Assembly: GCF_006345805.1 (NCBI RefSeq)
Contig: NC_042998.1
Coordinates: forward strand, 190,650,001 to 190,714,000
Source: Octopus sinensis
Lineage: Eukaryota
Direction: 5' to 3'
Length of the DNA stretch: 64,000 bases
Shown here: positions 25,681 to 40,140 of the stretch, one piece after another
How the letters are laid out: every line of letters begins with the position of its first letter
Numbering within the stretch: the stretch's first letter is position 1
Program-made: the position numbers and the translations under genes
Notes under the pieces: generated by a model
Database searches by the model: none
Told to the model about the DNA's origin: nothing
The model's input: only the letters and a program-made list of their open reading frames with translations

Positions 25681-28600
25681 AATAGTAATTCCACTAAACT
25701 GCCATCCCTATTCCGCAAATTAGCAGAATGTCGTTGTACCTCCTCTGATAAATATTAATTTTTGATAGTATGCCAGTTTTTTTAGGTAGCTGTCGGATCC
25801 CGTTCTGCAAAATGTTCTTCGAAATTGCTCATGAGTATTTTCAGCCTTAGGCAAGCCTTGAAGAGTCCTACTTCTTCAAAGCTGATATATAGAACCAGAT
25901 TCAATATTTGCAAACCAGAGCATGTCATTATCTCCCTCGCTCGTTGCTGGATAAATTGCTCTGGCAAGGAAGGCATTCTCTTTTGTGACATACTACTTCG
26001 ACGCTTTCTCTTTTCCCTTTAGTTGGCTTTAGTATTTATTGTTGATTGGCAATCCTAATTCGAGCTGCTACAGTTTTTCGATGGTGATTTTGTTCTTGTC
26101 ATTTAGATTTGCATTTCCCTCATTCTTTCATATTATTTAATGCTCAAATTGAATCTGTGTCCATAACACAGTCTGTCTTCTGTATCTCATTCATTAAAAA
26201 TTTTGTAGAGTGTTGTATTCACACAGTCTACCAAATTTATAACTAATATTACCACTCATATAGCAGTGGTTATATTGAACTACTATTAAAGAAAGAAAAT
26301 GAATGTTTACAAAAATATATCTACACAATATATTGTCTCAGGACAAATTTTTTCCTTTCTTTTCAATTATCTGTACTAAGTTCGCATATTCTATTCACCT
26401 TCATAATGCCAAGAAACTGTATGAACATCGCTAACAACTTTTGCTATTTATGAAAAATATGTAAAATATTAAGACAATTGACGAAAAATATCTATAATAA
26501 AATTCTGATTGATAAATGTAAATTTTTATTAAAACAAAATACGCGGGTGAAGTAAATCTCGAGGTGTGAAGAACCAACACAACATGCGGGTGAAACACAA
26601 CACAACATGCGGTTGTCATGGTAAGAAGCTGTTAATGCCTCACTGTATGTTGATTGGCTAAAATTACCCAAATTTCGCAACTTTAATTTTAAATAATATC
26701 AGATTCTTTAATTTACGAGATAAAGTAATTGGCTGATCGTAATTAAAATTCTGAGCTGCATCGATACACTAAAATTGAAAGCAATCCGAGGAAAATTAAA
26801 GGGGGCTCATTTTGCGAATAAAAAAGACTCATTTCAATAACAGCAGCGACGTAGTAGTAGTAGTAGTAGTGGTGGTGGTGGTGGTGGTGGTGGTGGTGGT
26901 GGTAGTAGTAGTAATAGTAGTAGTGGTGGTGATGGTGGTAGTAGTAGTAGTAGTAGTAGACTGTCCTCAGTCGTCAAATTAACAACAATGAAGTGAATAC
27001 GAGATGTTGTAATTGATTATTCTAACATCAGTAGAGCAAATGAGATGTGAAATAATTATAAGCATGAAAACAGGTAAGAATATTCTGTTTGCTAAAGTTT
27101 AACGCTTTTCCATGTAATTTTTTTTGTTTGTTTATATTGTAAGAAAAAGATATTTGTAATTGCTTCTCCGCCTATATTCTAATCAACTGTAACAAAATCT
27201 CACTATGGACATAGGAATGGTCAAGTGGTTAACAAGATAGTTTAGCAATCTTAAAGTCCAGGATGCGATCCCACTGCATGACATTTTTGGTAAGTAGCTT
27301 CGGGTCTATGCAAATTTGATGCATGAAATTGTTTAGGTCAAAACAGCATAATTCCAACAGGTACATTGCAGGCCCAGCTTTGTCACTCACCGTGTTGCGC
27401 TAAATAAGCCTGAAAGTAACATTAAGGGAATTCATGTACACCGGATACTGTGGAATAGTTTAGTTGATCGAAAAACTGAATGGTCATTGTTGAAAACGAT
27501 GGAATAATTCATAATTTGATCGCTGACATAACCATCTGTAATGGTTATGAGGTCTGTCACTTATCCAGACTAAGACACAAAAAACAAAAATGACCAATAT
27601 TTCACCATGACAGTAAAATCCCAATGTTGGGTTAAAAAAAACCCCAAATTGTCTTGTTATTCTAGTTTGTTAATTTTAAAGACGAATTGAATAAATTTTA
27701 ATGTTTGTTTCAAAATACTGCTTCGAATTTTGATATTTTAAGATATATGGCATACTGCTTGCTTCATATTTAAAAAGAAAAGTCCAGAGAAAATATCTGA
27801 TCATTAAATAAACATTAAGCAACATTTTCGCTGCACATTATCGTATGTCTTTTGACATTAAGTAAGCCGCAGAAATAACTGTCACGTGAAACATGAAAAA
27901 AATTAAATTGTTCAATTTAAAACGTTGTCAATTTTTACATCTTACAGATTAGTTACCATGGACAACTAACAACTAAAGATGCAGTATTCCTTCGTATGTA
28001 ATTTTTTCAACAACAAATTTATTGTAATATTATATAAGTAATTTCAATGAATAATTTATAACGAAGTAGGTCTTGAAATTTGAATAGTGTAAAGTTTTCT
28101 AATATCACTATTAAGCTATCGAGTTACAACCAATGGAATTCCTAAGGATTTTATTTTTGTTGCTGTTTAACCCCTGGTTAACCGTGATCGAAGGAATTAC
28201 CCCCAAGATCCATCTTTTTTCTTTTCAGGGTTATGTACAATGATGTGTCCCCTTTTTATTATTTAAAGCGGTATCATGTGATTCTAGTGAAATCTTTGCT
28301 GCTATTTTTAGCAGATGGAGCGACCACTTGGAGACTCTTCTTGGTGTGACATCGACTTAGTTTGGATAATAGATAGATTTCATTCATAACCAAAATAATT
28401 TTCAGCAGAGTACAGTAATTTTTTTACAATGTTCTATTGATTTCACTATTTATAACAACTTACCAGGAACAAGGAAGCCACACCATATGCAATCGCTTGA
28501 CCTGTTAGAAATAGGAATCAAATCTCCCTCAAATCACAGCATCTTAAAATAAAGAAGGAAAATTGGACAAATTTAGTTCCGAAATCAAGCATATAAAATG

Positions 28601-29141
28601 TGAATGAAAGATTATTACAACTAGAAAGTCTTTGATCATGAATATGTATGCTTGATCAATGCTGACCTATGGTCAAACAAAACAACACCCAAGGAACAAA
28701 GAACGTTATACATTAGTCATTAGAATACTGCCAAAATTTGAACTTGATCATGGATACGGCCTTTCACGTTATATTTGATCTAGAATGTAGTGAGTTGAAT
28801 TCTATTATTTTCGTGCTTATTTGATTTAGCACTTTATAAAACATGAAAACTAAGCCTTTGGATCCCCTTGTGCCACATTGTGGATAGTAATGTCAATAAA
28901 TTACGATCCTGGAACTTAAAACATCATTTAGGATTCATAGATTAAAACAAGTTATCTCGTACATGAGGAAAAAAAGACCCAAAAACCAAAAATACAAAAG
29001 CAAAAACAGAATGACTAAGCGAATGAATTGACCTGTTGGTTAAGTGTCTTACTGAAAATATGAACGGCAATTAAAGAAATGAAACTGGAGAAGGAAGATG
29101 TTAATTGGAATATTGGTGAGATCTACAATGATGGAACACAT

Positions 29142-29480
29142 ACAAGGGTTGGACAAAATAATGGAAACACCTAGCATCACAGCCACATAATTTTGAAATA
29201 TCTATAAAACCATCAAAAGCTGATTTATTTTTATGTTTTTTGATTTACTATTAATGTTGCTTAATATGTTTTGCTAAAATTGCTGTTTCTTTTCAGATAT
29301 CATCAAAACAAGGTAAACAATATGGCGTCTGCGCATAGAGATGGTGTTGAAAACGGAATGAGCTGTAGGATGTTATTAAAAGTATATTTAGATCTCTTTC
29401 CAGAAAATCTCTGTCGGCAAAGCAACCAATCCATGGAAACAGGATACGGAGAATTTTGGAATGAAGGTATCATTGTTGAC
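29142..29480 (+). mobile_element. Tc1-like element, 5' end fragment
   Basis: TA-CAAGGGTTGGACAAAATAATGGAAACAC is a Tc1-type TIR; decayed ORF start follows. Confidence 0.55.
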
Positions 29481-30821
29481 GGTTGTGAAGTGCTATTTTG
29501 CGACGATCCAGGCTAAGTTTATGAGGGGGAAACCATTTTCACAAAACTTAAAAACCTGTATAATGTATTGCGTATCTACCTGAATCGCCCGTATTAAGAA
29601 CCTGTATAGTGTATTGTGTATCTACTTGAATCGCCCGTATTAAGATACGGTTAAAATAAAGAATGTACGAATTAATTACGTGTATACTGTGTGTTTCAGT
29701 TTAAAGTATTTTAAACGTAAGTTTAAAAAACTAGACATGTTAAAGCCATAATTATAAATATTTGGAATTAATATCCAAAACACATTTGACAAAAGGCTTA
29801 TTTCATCTTCCAGGAAAAAAAAAGTAAGGTTTACTTTGTTGACCAATGTAATGTGTTGATTTTAGACGTTTCAACCTTTTCTGCATTTAGATATGAATAT
29901 AAGGAAATTTGTTTTAAATATTTACTTCAATGATTGTAATTAGTTAAGGAATCAGCCAGAATTAACGGCTTAATTGCAGACTAGAATGACTGAATTAGAT
30001 TTAACAACTAAATGCTAAGTGCATATTGTTGGGTGTTTGTGAATATTCTGTCAATTTGTGTTATTATTATATCTTTTCTGGTAACTGAATGTCTTTGAGA
30101 CACTGAGGGAAATTCTTCATTGTTACTCAGCCTGCTAGAAACAGCAACCAAATCTCCTTTAAATCAATGCCCACCTTCGTCTTGAACAAAAGGACATGCA
30201 GGTTAATGTAGTTCTGGTAAACCAGGAAAAAAGGCAAGATAGTTATGTCTGGAAGGCTTTTATTCATAGGCTTGCTTAATCAAGGTTAACCCGAAGGAAA
30301 TCAGTAATATCAGTAACATAAAGAATGAGATAAATCCGAGACAAGGTGTAGCTACCTAAGTAGATGGAATTTTACATCGGGACACATTTTCAAGAAGGTT
30401 ATAAGCTAAGTGATTTTTTCTGAAATGTGTTATTTTTAGCTCCAAACACACACACACACCACACACACACACACCACACACACACACACACACAAACATT
30501 ATTTTTCAGTTTCTTTTTCTTTTCTCTTTATCTTACGCATCTTTATAAATTATAGACTGAGGCTCAACTTGAAACACCTGGTTGGATTGGGTGCAATAAT
30601 TCTAGAGAATTTTTCTTTGACGAACTGATTATCTGCTTCTTTTAAAGTAATTTACTCAAAATATAATGGATTCATATAATAATTCAATATATCCTTCCCT
30701 TATTTATTGATAGTAGTTTGAAATTTGAAATAGATTAAGCTATTATTTCTAGCAGGATCTTGCTTCTTGCAGAGGTGTTTGCAAAGTTTGAGAAATATTT
30801 ATTTGAGTCAACATACGATTG

Positions 30822-31205
30822 GATGGAAGCACTCCGTCGGTTACGGCGACGAGGGTTCCGGTTGATCCGAATCAACGGAACAGCCTGCTCGTGAAATTAA
30901 CGTGTAAGTGGCTGAGCACTCCACAGACACGTGTACCCTTAACGTAGTTCTCGGGGATATTCAGCGTGACACAGAGAGTGACAAGGCCGGCCCTTTGAAG
31001 TACAGGTACAACAGAAACAGGAAGTAAGAGTGAGAGAAAGTTGTGGTGAAAGAGTACAGCAGGGATCACCACCATCCCCTGCCGGAGCCTCGTGGAGCTT
31101 TTAGGTGTTTTCGCTCAATAAACACTCACAACGCCCGGTCTGGGAATTGAAACCGCGATCCTACGACCGCGAGTCCGCTGCCCTAACCACTGGGCCATTG
31201 CGCCT
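30822..31205 (-). mobile_element. SINE family B, full length (~385 bp)
   Basis: Reverse-strand copy closely matching 57343-57722; A-box TGGCCCAGTGG; probably tRNA-Arg-derived. Confidence 0.92.
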
Positions 31206-31334
31206 CCACCAACATACGATTACTGTAATAAACACGGCCTATTCTGTTAGCCATACTGAAAAACTATACGATCATTCATGTATGTCTGGATCACTAGACG
31301 GTGTAAATTGTACCTCATTATTTGACTACGTGAT

Positions 31335-31383
<49 letters not shown>

Positions 31384-32098
31384 TCTATTAGGGTTGCACA
31401 GGACGATACAACAACAATAACAAAAACAGTGGTAGTTTATCTATGAAATATCTTTCTATCTTCGACAAAATATATTTCTGTTCACGAGAAAACCCATTGG
31501 AGCAGACGTAATAATCTATTATTCTATGATACATTTTATGATATTTCAGAAGATTAATTTAACGCTTCAATAAATTGTCTATTAGGACTTGGTTATTTTC
31601 ACCAGCCTTCAGCAAAATACATAAATATATATATAGACAAAAAGCTGACAAAATTAAAATTACATAAATTTTAATACATTGTCAGAGATGCTGAAAAAGA
31701 TATCTAATGATTAAGCAAAAGGATTATAATTCAAATATAATGTGTATGTATGTATGTATGTATGTATGTATGTATGTATGTATGTATGTATGTATGTTGT
31801 ATGTATGTATGTAGTATGTATGTATGTATGTATGTATGTGTGTATGTATGCATGTATGTATGTATGTTGTATGTATGTATGTATGTATGTATGTAGTATG
31901 TATGTATGTATGTGTGTATGTATGCATGTATGATTTAGTATGTATGTATCTATCAATCAATCTATCTATCTAGCTATAGACACAAATATAATACATATAT
32001 CTAATATGTAAAACAAATATAATATCTATATTCATATGTCCGTACATATATGTGTACCTATGTACATACGTACGAACGTACCTATCTACCTACCTACC

Positions 32099-32151
<53 letters not shown>

Positions 32152-32514
32152 AATTGAATCAGTTTTAGCTCACGAGCTGTGGCCATGCTGGGGCACCATA
32201 CTTGCACACACACACACACACAAAATTATAGATTCATTCCAGCCGATCTTTATACGAACTGGTTTCGCATTGGGTTTTATTAGATAACAGGACATTAGGT
32301 GACAATCCGCTTAAGTAACAATATGAGCTCTTCAGAGGGTGTATTTGTAAAAAACAAAACAAGCAAAAAAAAAACGCAATCGCTGGAGGCAAAATGAGAT
32401 CAAGAGATCAAGAATTATGCCCCTTAGTCCCAAAGTATCTGAGATGTAAGGCAACGAGAGTTTTGGGAGGAAGATATACGCCTCCGTGTGTGTGTATGTG
32501 TGTGTGTGTGTGTG

Positions 32515-32547
<33 letters not shown>

Positions 32548-32639
32548 TGCATAGGGGCTCGTATTTTTGTCGGGTTATATTTTTTATAGGGGTTTTATAT
32601 GTGTAGTGTTTTTGGGTGCGGAAGTGTCTGACCCCTTAA

Positions 32640-33150
32640 GCCCACGAAATGAGGAGTAGATGGACAGTCGACAACTGATGAAGGGTCGCTTTTTATGTTA
32701 CTTGTCCTCCATTTGTTTCTCGCGTTGTTCGCAAACCAAAGCTTGTCTTCGTATTTCATGTTGCTTTCGTATTTCGTATTTCATGTTTACGTTTTGTGAC
32801 ATACTGTACCCAAATACAAAATACAAAATGGGACTAGAACGCAAAACATCCGGACAACTAGGTGATACAAAAAGGGACAACAAAACATTCAGATAGACGA
32901 TACAAAAAAAAAAATACATTCGAAGCCTTTTATCGTCAGTCAAGAACCAAATCATCCTCGCAATTTCGGCTGATTAATCTTGAGATTGCTTCAATCTGAC
33001 CAGCCCCAAGTAAAACTAAGGTAAGGGCATTAGATTCCTTGAAAAAAAGGATCGAATGTATACGAAACAAGGACGGAAGAACATACGATGTTACACGAAT
33101 ATAAATACAAAAATAAAATAAAAAACAATAATAATAATAACAGGACATAA
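32640..33150. mobile_element. Two PLE pLTR-like non-autonomous units (P4 +, P5 -)
   Basis: P4 (GACAACTGATGAAGGGTCG) recurs at 38040-38330 and 53470-53690; P5 recurs reversed at 53985-54275. Confidence 0.6.
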
Positions 33151-34300
33151 CAAGAGGCGTCTTTCGACTGGGGACAAATTGAATGGAAATGACAAATACT
33201 CGACAGTTTTAAGTTCTACTTCAATATCATTCTTAATATATTTTGCCATCAACAGAACAATTTCTTAGTAGATGCTAGTGACAAGTGCGGCTGTTTACCG
33301 TTTCCGGGATTGCCAATTACTTTCAATTATGCAATAAGTTCCATAATTTCCAAAGAATTCCATTGTGCTTTGATCCTATGATCTCTTCACTGCCCTAAAA
33401 TTCAGGCCTCTCTCGGCTAGAAATATTATCACGGCCGCAATACAGCGCAATATTTCGAGTCCAATATTTCTTGTTTTGTTGCACTTGTTTTTCTAATATA
33501 TGATTAACGTGAGAACATTCCTTAAATAAAATATTGCACGACAACACAGAATCTCTGTGGCCTTGGATTTGTTCATGTGTTTTCACGTTCTTTCTCTGTG
33601 CATTTTACCAGCTCAAAGCACATTAAAAGCAATTAACTGCACTTATTGATAGGCTGCACTGGAGCCACTTTCTCAAATGCTGCTCACCATTGTCATGAAT
33701 AGTTAACAACACTGAATTTCTAAAATTGTGACAGTACCCATCAAGTTTGCCTTCTTCACCTCTTTTATAATGGAGTCAAGATTCTGGGTAGGAAAATAGT
33801 TGACAGCTGATTTTGCTTGAAAAAAAAACAAAAAAACTTTCATCATCTTTAACATCTTTGGCTTATATGACATGGTATTTTATTTTTGCTGATGTACTTG
33901 AGAGTGCTGCTAGTTTCTCAAAAGAGACATCTGTTACTGATTCTTCATTAACTTCCAAGTTTTTCGAAACAAAAAAAAAAGAAAAAAATCTGCAAGTTCT
34001 TTGGAAAATTTTCTGGGGGATAGCTGAATATTCCGTAGTATACTAATTAGCTTGATGATATAATCTGAAACCTAAATAATCTCAAACCTCCCCCCCACCA
34101 AAAAAAAAAACAGGAACTGATAAGAGCCATGTAAACTTTGGACAAGCAGTAGCTGGTCCAAGATTCAACGAATGAGCAGCACTTGGAATGAAAACTGTAG
34201 ACGAGGTCTTAAGAAGCCTGGCTCGCATTCTGTGTAGTGATCAGATATATTAGCTGCTGAACCTAACAGCTTGAACACCGCTGTCACCACCACCACCACC

Positions 34301-34332
<32 letters not shown>

Positions 34333-34560
34333 CAACAACAACAAAACTAATCCAGCCACAGGCATACTAAGCCGGGTAGTTTATGCATACGTCTGTTACA
34401 CTTACGTCCAGGGCAGAGAAGTAAACCTGCAGCCAAAGTAAATCAAATATTGGTGGGAAAGAATTCAAGCGATTAGCAACAAACCGAAGATTACAGATTA
34501 AGGATTTTGTTTCCTTGAATTGCTTTTCTTCCAAATTATGTTTCGCTTTCATGGGGCCCT
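33150..34560 (-). mobile_element. hAT transposase relic (TTF zinc finger, ZMYM1-like group)
   Basis: Minus-strand fragments HLRKWLQCSLSISAVNCF and ERPEF*GSEEIIGSKHNG resemble TTF-domain and FRGHDE...NGNF hAT motifs; many stops. Confidence 0.55.
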
Positions 34561-34943
34561 GGAAACAAAGAAATGCCATAAACGCTTCAGAAAAACGATA
34601 GGTTTGAAAATAAATTGTGTATTTCTCGGATCCCCCTAGACTTCAAATAATCAAGTAACTCTACTTTTATTTTTGCCAATAAAAATGGCGTCTGCAGATG
34701 CAACAGATCGAATCATTTTGTGAAGAAAGAAGTATTGTGATATTTTGGATTGCAATTGAGATTTGTTGTCCTTAAGCTTATTTTTTTAATGCTTTTTTTT
34801 TCTTTTTCCGCTCTTTTAAAATCCACCTATTTACGAATAAGAACTTATAGTATTAGACATCCACTGAAATAACAACCAATTTTCAACAGAGATGGTTGAA
34901 AATTGGTGGTCATAGACAAATTCAAAAATAAAGTTGAAGAATC

Positions 34944-35334
34944 TTTTCTACTCTAGGCACAAGGCCTGAAATTTTTGGGGAGGTAACTAGTCGATTACAT
35001 CGACCCCAGTGCGTAACTGGTACTTAATTTATCGTCCCCAAAAGGATGAAAGGCAAAGTCGACCTCGGCGGAATTTGAACTCAGAACGTAAAGACAGACG
35101 AAATACCTATTTCTTTACTACCCACAAGGGGCTAAACACAGAGGGGACAAACAAGGACAGACATAGGTATTAAGTCGATTATATCGACCCCAGTGCGTAA
35201 CTGGTACTTAATTTATCGACCCAGAAAGGATGAAAGGCAAAGTCGACCTCGGTGGAATTTGAACTCAGAACGTAACGGTAGATGAAATACCGCTAAGCAT
35301 TTCGCCCAGCGTGCTAACGATTCTGCCAGCTCAC
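34944..35334 (-). mobile_element. SINE family A dimer (young unit inside a copy with the old-type tail)
   Basis: Junction at 35107/35108; head ends at GGTGAGCTGG. Confidence 0.92.
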
Positions 35335-35531
35335 CAGTTGAAGAATAACACCGGAAACAGTGACGGGTACTAAATTACTCTCATCAGTAAAATATCTTTG
35401 CGAAAGTAACACGAAAATAACAATAGCAAAAAATTGGTGGACCAGTATCTCGGGAGACTGATTGACATACATAGAATTTTGGAGAAATATTTTTTCCATT
35501 GTTAGTAAAGTAATTTCAGCAGTTTGACGAA
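35335..35531 (-). CDS. Candidate internal coding exon (197 bp, phase 1 to 0), unidentified gene
   Basis: Pyrimidine-rich acceptor ...CATTTCAG, donor CTG|GTGAGC; only one open frame (RQTAEITLLTMEKIF...SGVILQL); all plus frames closed. Confidence 0.4.
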
Positions 35532-35854
35532 CTGAAATGATGATGGCGAAAAATATAGAAAAGCAAAAAAAAAAAAGAAAGAACTAGTTTTGGGTTAATG
35601 AAAAACAAAAATTTGAGTAAGTCGTATTCCGAAGTTGAAAGACGGGAAAACCGTTTTTATCTGTGGCGTGATGTTGCGTGAAAGTGATAATTTAATAATT
35701 AAAACTAAATTAAAAATCAAAAATTCAGTGAAGCTGTACAGCCTTATCGTTTTGTCGTAAATATATTGACCAGCGTACCAAAAGCCTTCGGCGTTGAACA
35801 GAATAATTAAGTTTAGGGAGTGGCAATATATGTGAGTGCGTGTCTGTCTGTTTA

Positions 35855-35903
<49 letters not shown>

Positions 35904-36066
35904 GTAGGTGGGTGTGCACGTGCGTGTTTTAACAGCTATAAAGACCTGAAATTGACGGGTCATCCCAGGGCCATAAGCAGAAAAAAAAGAACTTATCCAT
36001 CCATCCATCCACCCATCCATCCATCCATCCATCCATCCACCCATCCATCCATCCATCCATCCATCC

Positions 36067-36126
<60 letters not shown>

Positions 36127-36739
36127 CTGACGAACAGAAAGATATCTAGATTGGTAGAAAGTATCGTTTTTGTTCTTTTTGCTCTTTTCGTTAATATTCT
36201 TTTTTTCAGCCATCCGTTCTTTTATTCCCAAGGGATTTAATCTGCTTTTGGACGATTGAGTACTTTAAGACTGAATAACTGCTGATGTTAAAATGGAAAA
36301 GGCATTTTTATTTTAAGAAGAAACTTTAAGCAAATTTTTAAAGAACTAGATTGGGGAGACACTCTTCAAGGCAAACTGATGGATGAGTGGGGCCTCCCAG
36401 TATAGAAGGTCCACTATACGTGACAGCCCCACCCCTATATGAGTGAGCCGAGGCAATTTTTCCTTTTACTTCCCCTATAAATCCGCCTATGTTTATAATT
36501 ATATAAGGGTCTTCAGAAAATAGATCAGAATCTCTTGAGATTAAAAGAAAAGCCATTCTTAAAGGTGACACTTATATTGAGGTTGACAACACGATAATTG
36601 AGGCCCGTTTTTTTTTAAAGAAAGGAGACATGTGAACAGCTACCAGATGGCGCAGAAGTAAGCTGGGTAAATGTTCATATGAAAGAACTTGTTGAATACA
36701 GTGCTCAGCTGAACTACATCTAAGAAAAAATATATAAAT

Positions 36740-36900
36740 AAATTTCAAGAAGCATGGAAGTTTTGAAGAATGTAATGTTTCAACAGCTAACAACTGATGC
36801 GGGTAGTTTATTCCATGCTTCAACAACTTTGAGCGTGAAAAAATGTTAAGGTCATGGGTGCTGTGTTGCTTTTTGAGAATCAAAGTTGGTAGGACCAAAG
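36740..36900 (-). mobile_element. CR1 LINE 3' end remnant
   Basis: HFFTLKVVEAWNKLPASVVSC is the CR1 FFxxRVVxxWNxLP motif. Confidence 0.7.
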
Positions 36901-38039
36901 TGATTATCATTATATAGGAATATAACTGATTCGATAACATAATGTGTCACTGTGGTACAGAACCACAAACTATGAAATACTTGTTGAGATGCACTTCCAT
37001 GTAAGAGCCATGCACTACTGCTGTGCTTGAAAGGTATAAAGAAAGTCTAGAGAATGTGAGGTGAACTCGATAAAAAGAAGACAGTGTATAAGGAAAGAAA
37101 TATTTCTTATTCAAACTTCATTTTGAATCAGTGGGCGTTGTTAAACGTCCAATGGATTGAAATGAATTTGAATTGAAATGTTGAACATCTAATATCTTAA
37201 ACTAAAGAACTAGAATTATCTTTCCATGTATCAATATTCTTCTATAAATATGTACTATATAATTAAGAGTATGAAGGCACATGGTCTAGTGGTTAGGTTG
37301 TTTCACTCACGATTTAGCGAACATGAGTTCGATTCCCAGACTGGGAGGTGTGCTGTGTTCTTGAGCAAAGCACCATATTTCATGTTGCTCAAGTCCACCT
37401 TTCCATCAGAGGGAAATGTTCGCCTGCTCACCTAGCCACCAGGGTGGCGTTATTCGAAGGCTAAAATGATGCTAAGCACATTCTGACAAGCGATGTGTAA
37501 CAACATTTGATAGCCTGGTAGATCATGTGATCACGTGATATAATTATGAGTATCTATAGATTAAAAACTCCCTGGTAATTGGCCACGGTCTTTGCAAAGA
37601 GAAGAATTAGCTGTTTCGGAATTGAGTCTTCGTCTGTGAGAGTTTAAACACTTATTTCGCCTCTTTCAACTGAAGATTTAGTCTTGAAATCTGAGATCGT
37701 TCTTTCCCCCACTTTATGTCAGCATACCTACACTTATGTATAGTACTGAATATCTGTAAGAATATATATAGGCATAAACAAAATATATAAAATTTGTTGG
37801 TATGTCAACATTACATATGTATATGCCTAGAAAAAATTTCTCTTTTACTCTCTCTCGTTGCTCGCATGTGACCATCGTCCATCTTTCTTTTCCTCATGTG
37901 ATCATCTTTCTTTTCTTTCAGGGCTGTCCTAAGGACTGGCCGTATCCTATATCTCTATCTTCTATCTTTTCTCTTGTCAAAAAATATTTTTCCAGTGTTC
38001 GCAATTTTACCCTTGTTCTGGTCTAATGACCCTCCATGT

Positions 38040-38330
38040 TTGTTTTCGTTCGGTTTCCTTATATGTCTCCACTGTTCAGTTCCTGTTCTCAACTTTGACC
38101 CTCTATAAATCCCAAATTTTATTTGGTCCTGATGGGAGCAGCTGTCTTCGAAGGCTTATACTGTCGTTCAATGCTCGAGATGAGGAGTAGACAGACAGCC
38201 GACAACTGATGAAGGGTCGTTCGTTATATTACTTGTCCTGTTTTCCATTTGTTTCGCTCGTTGTTTGCGTATTGAACTCATTTGTTTTCTTATTTCATAT
38301 TTACTTTTGGTGACGACGTCCCGTACCCAT
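38040..38330 (+). mobile_element. PLE pLTR-like unit P4 with degenerate HHR-like motif
   Basis: CTGATGGGAGCAGCTGTCTTCGAAGGC near 38128; similarity to the copies at 32640 and 53470. Confidence 0.5.
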
Positions 38331-38338
38331 ATATGCAT

Positions 38339-38386
<48 letters not shown>

Positions 38387-38668
38387 ATGCATATATATAT
38401 ATAAACATTTTTGCCCGAGGTTACCGTAGTCGTTTCCGTGGGCTTTTCTTTCCACGGATAAACCTAATCTGTTTTCCCTTTTTACATCGACATTTCTGTG
38501 ATACACGATGCCTACTACTGATCGGTTTTTCCCACGATCCCTTTTGATCGAAATTCGATCCCCTTTTCTCCTTTTGTTCTTTTTTCTCCCCTTCTTTCCA
38601 AAAAAGAAAAGCTCTACTTTGTATTTTGTCCCTTCTGTGTTTAGCCCTGTGTGGCCAATAAAGAAACA

Positions 38669-38772
<104 letters not shown>

Positions 38773-39826
38773 AACTAGCTATCTTTATTGCAAAATGTAA
38801 TCTAGGACATACTATTTCTGATAAGCTTACATTTTAAACTTAGAAGACTGGAAACAAATCAGATTGAACCCATTTTCTTTGCCCATGAAGCGATAAAAGC
38901 TTAATTCCATTTCAGAGAGAGGCTAAATTTGTACATTTATTTAAAGATATACCTTACAGTACATTCTGAGTTATATATATATGTATGTATATATGTGAAA
39001 CGGTGTGTTGTCAACTTTTAATTAAGAAATTAATATACGAAGAGTGTTACAAAAGTTTTGGACCTTTTTACAGTCATGATATTTTAGGTATTTAAGTATA
39101 TGGGTATAAAACATTTAGAACATTTCTCGTGTGTGTGTGTAAATATATATATATATGCGCACATGTACATAGATACATGCATGCATACATATATACATAC
39201 ATACTTCATAAATAAATAAATACATACTTGCATAAGTACATACATACAGACGTACATAGATACATACATACACACTTACATACGTGCATATATACATACG
39301 TACATACATACAGACATACACACATACATACACACTTACATACGTGCATATATACATACATACATACATACAGACATACACACATACATACATACATACA
39401 TACATACATACATACATACATACATACATACATACATACGATGATATACGACTGTAGAACTGAATGAATACGGGTATGGATTATCTATGTTGCATTTGTA
39501 TTTATTTCTATATACATATATATTTAATTTTATATGGTTACATTATATATGCGCGCTTATATTCATACATAGGTGCACGCATACATAAATACACACACAC
39601 ACGCTCACGCTCTCACGCACACACACACATACCCAGACATTCATGTATGTTATATATGTATGTGTGTGTGTGTGTGTTTGTATATGTTCGCATGTGTGTG
39701 AACTGATACGAATATGTGCATACACATATACGCGCAAACATATACACATATGTATATGAACTCCCTATATATATGTATATATATATACATATTTACATAC
39801 ATACATAATACATACATATGTATATG

Positions 39827-39873
<47 letters not shown>

Positions 39874-40054
39874 TATATATATTCACTTTCGTATACATAC
39901 ATACATAGATACAAATTATTTAAAAATACCTATTTATGTATATTGTTTTGTAAAATGTGTTTGATGAATGAAAAATATTTTTAGAAATCCTCTACAAAGA
40001 AATCGTATAAAATGTTTGATACAGTTCCAAAAGACTCTGCTTATGCCAAATTAC

Positions 40055-40140
40055 CTTTACATTAGAAGTCTTTGGACGATTGTAATGCCTACAAATACAT
40101 CGGAATTTGATTAGAGTGATACATTTTTCTAGATGCAGTT
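40055..40140 (-). CDS. Candidate 86-bp exon (coding status unclear)
   Basis: ~55-nt polypyrimidine tract ending TTTCAG, donor AAG|GTAATT; one open frame (LHLEKCITLIKFRCICRHYNRPKTSNVK). Confidence 0.3.

Noticed and set aside
27948-27993. Plus-strand 46-bp exon (ISYHGQLTTKDAVFL)
   Set aside because: Plausible splice sites but no phase-compatible neighbour; expected by chance in 64 kb.
32250-32335. Minus-strand CTGAAGA...GCGAAACCAGTTC as an HHR
   Set aside because: Helices I and II need large bulges; too degenerate to call.
39200-39440. 60-bp higher-order repeat inside (TACA)n; similar at 31790-31930 and 53690-53880
   Set aside because: Ordinary slippage duplication within compound microsatellites.
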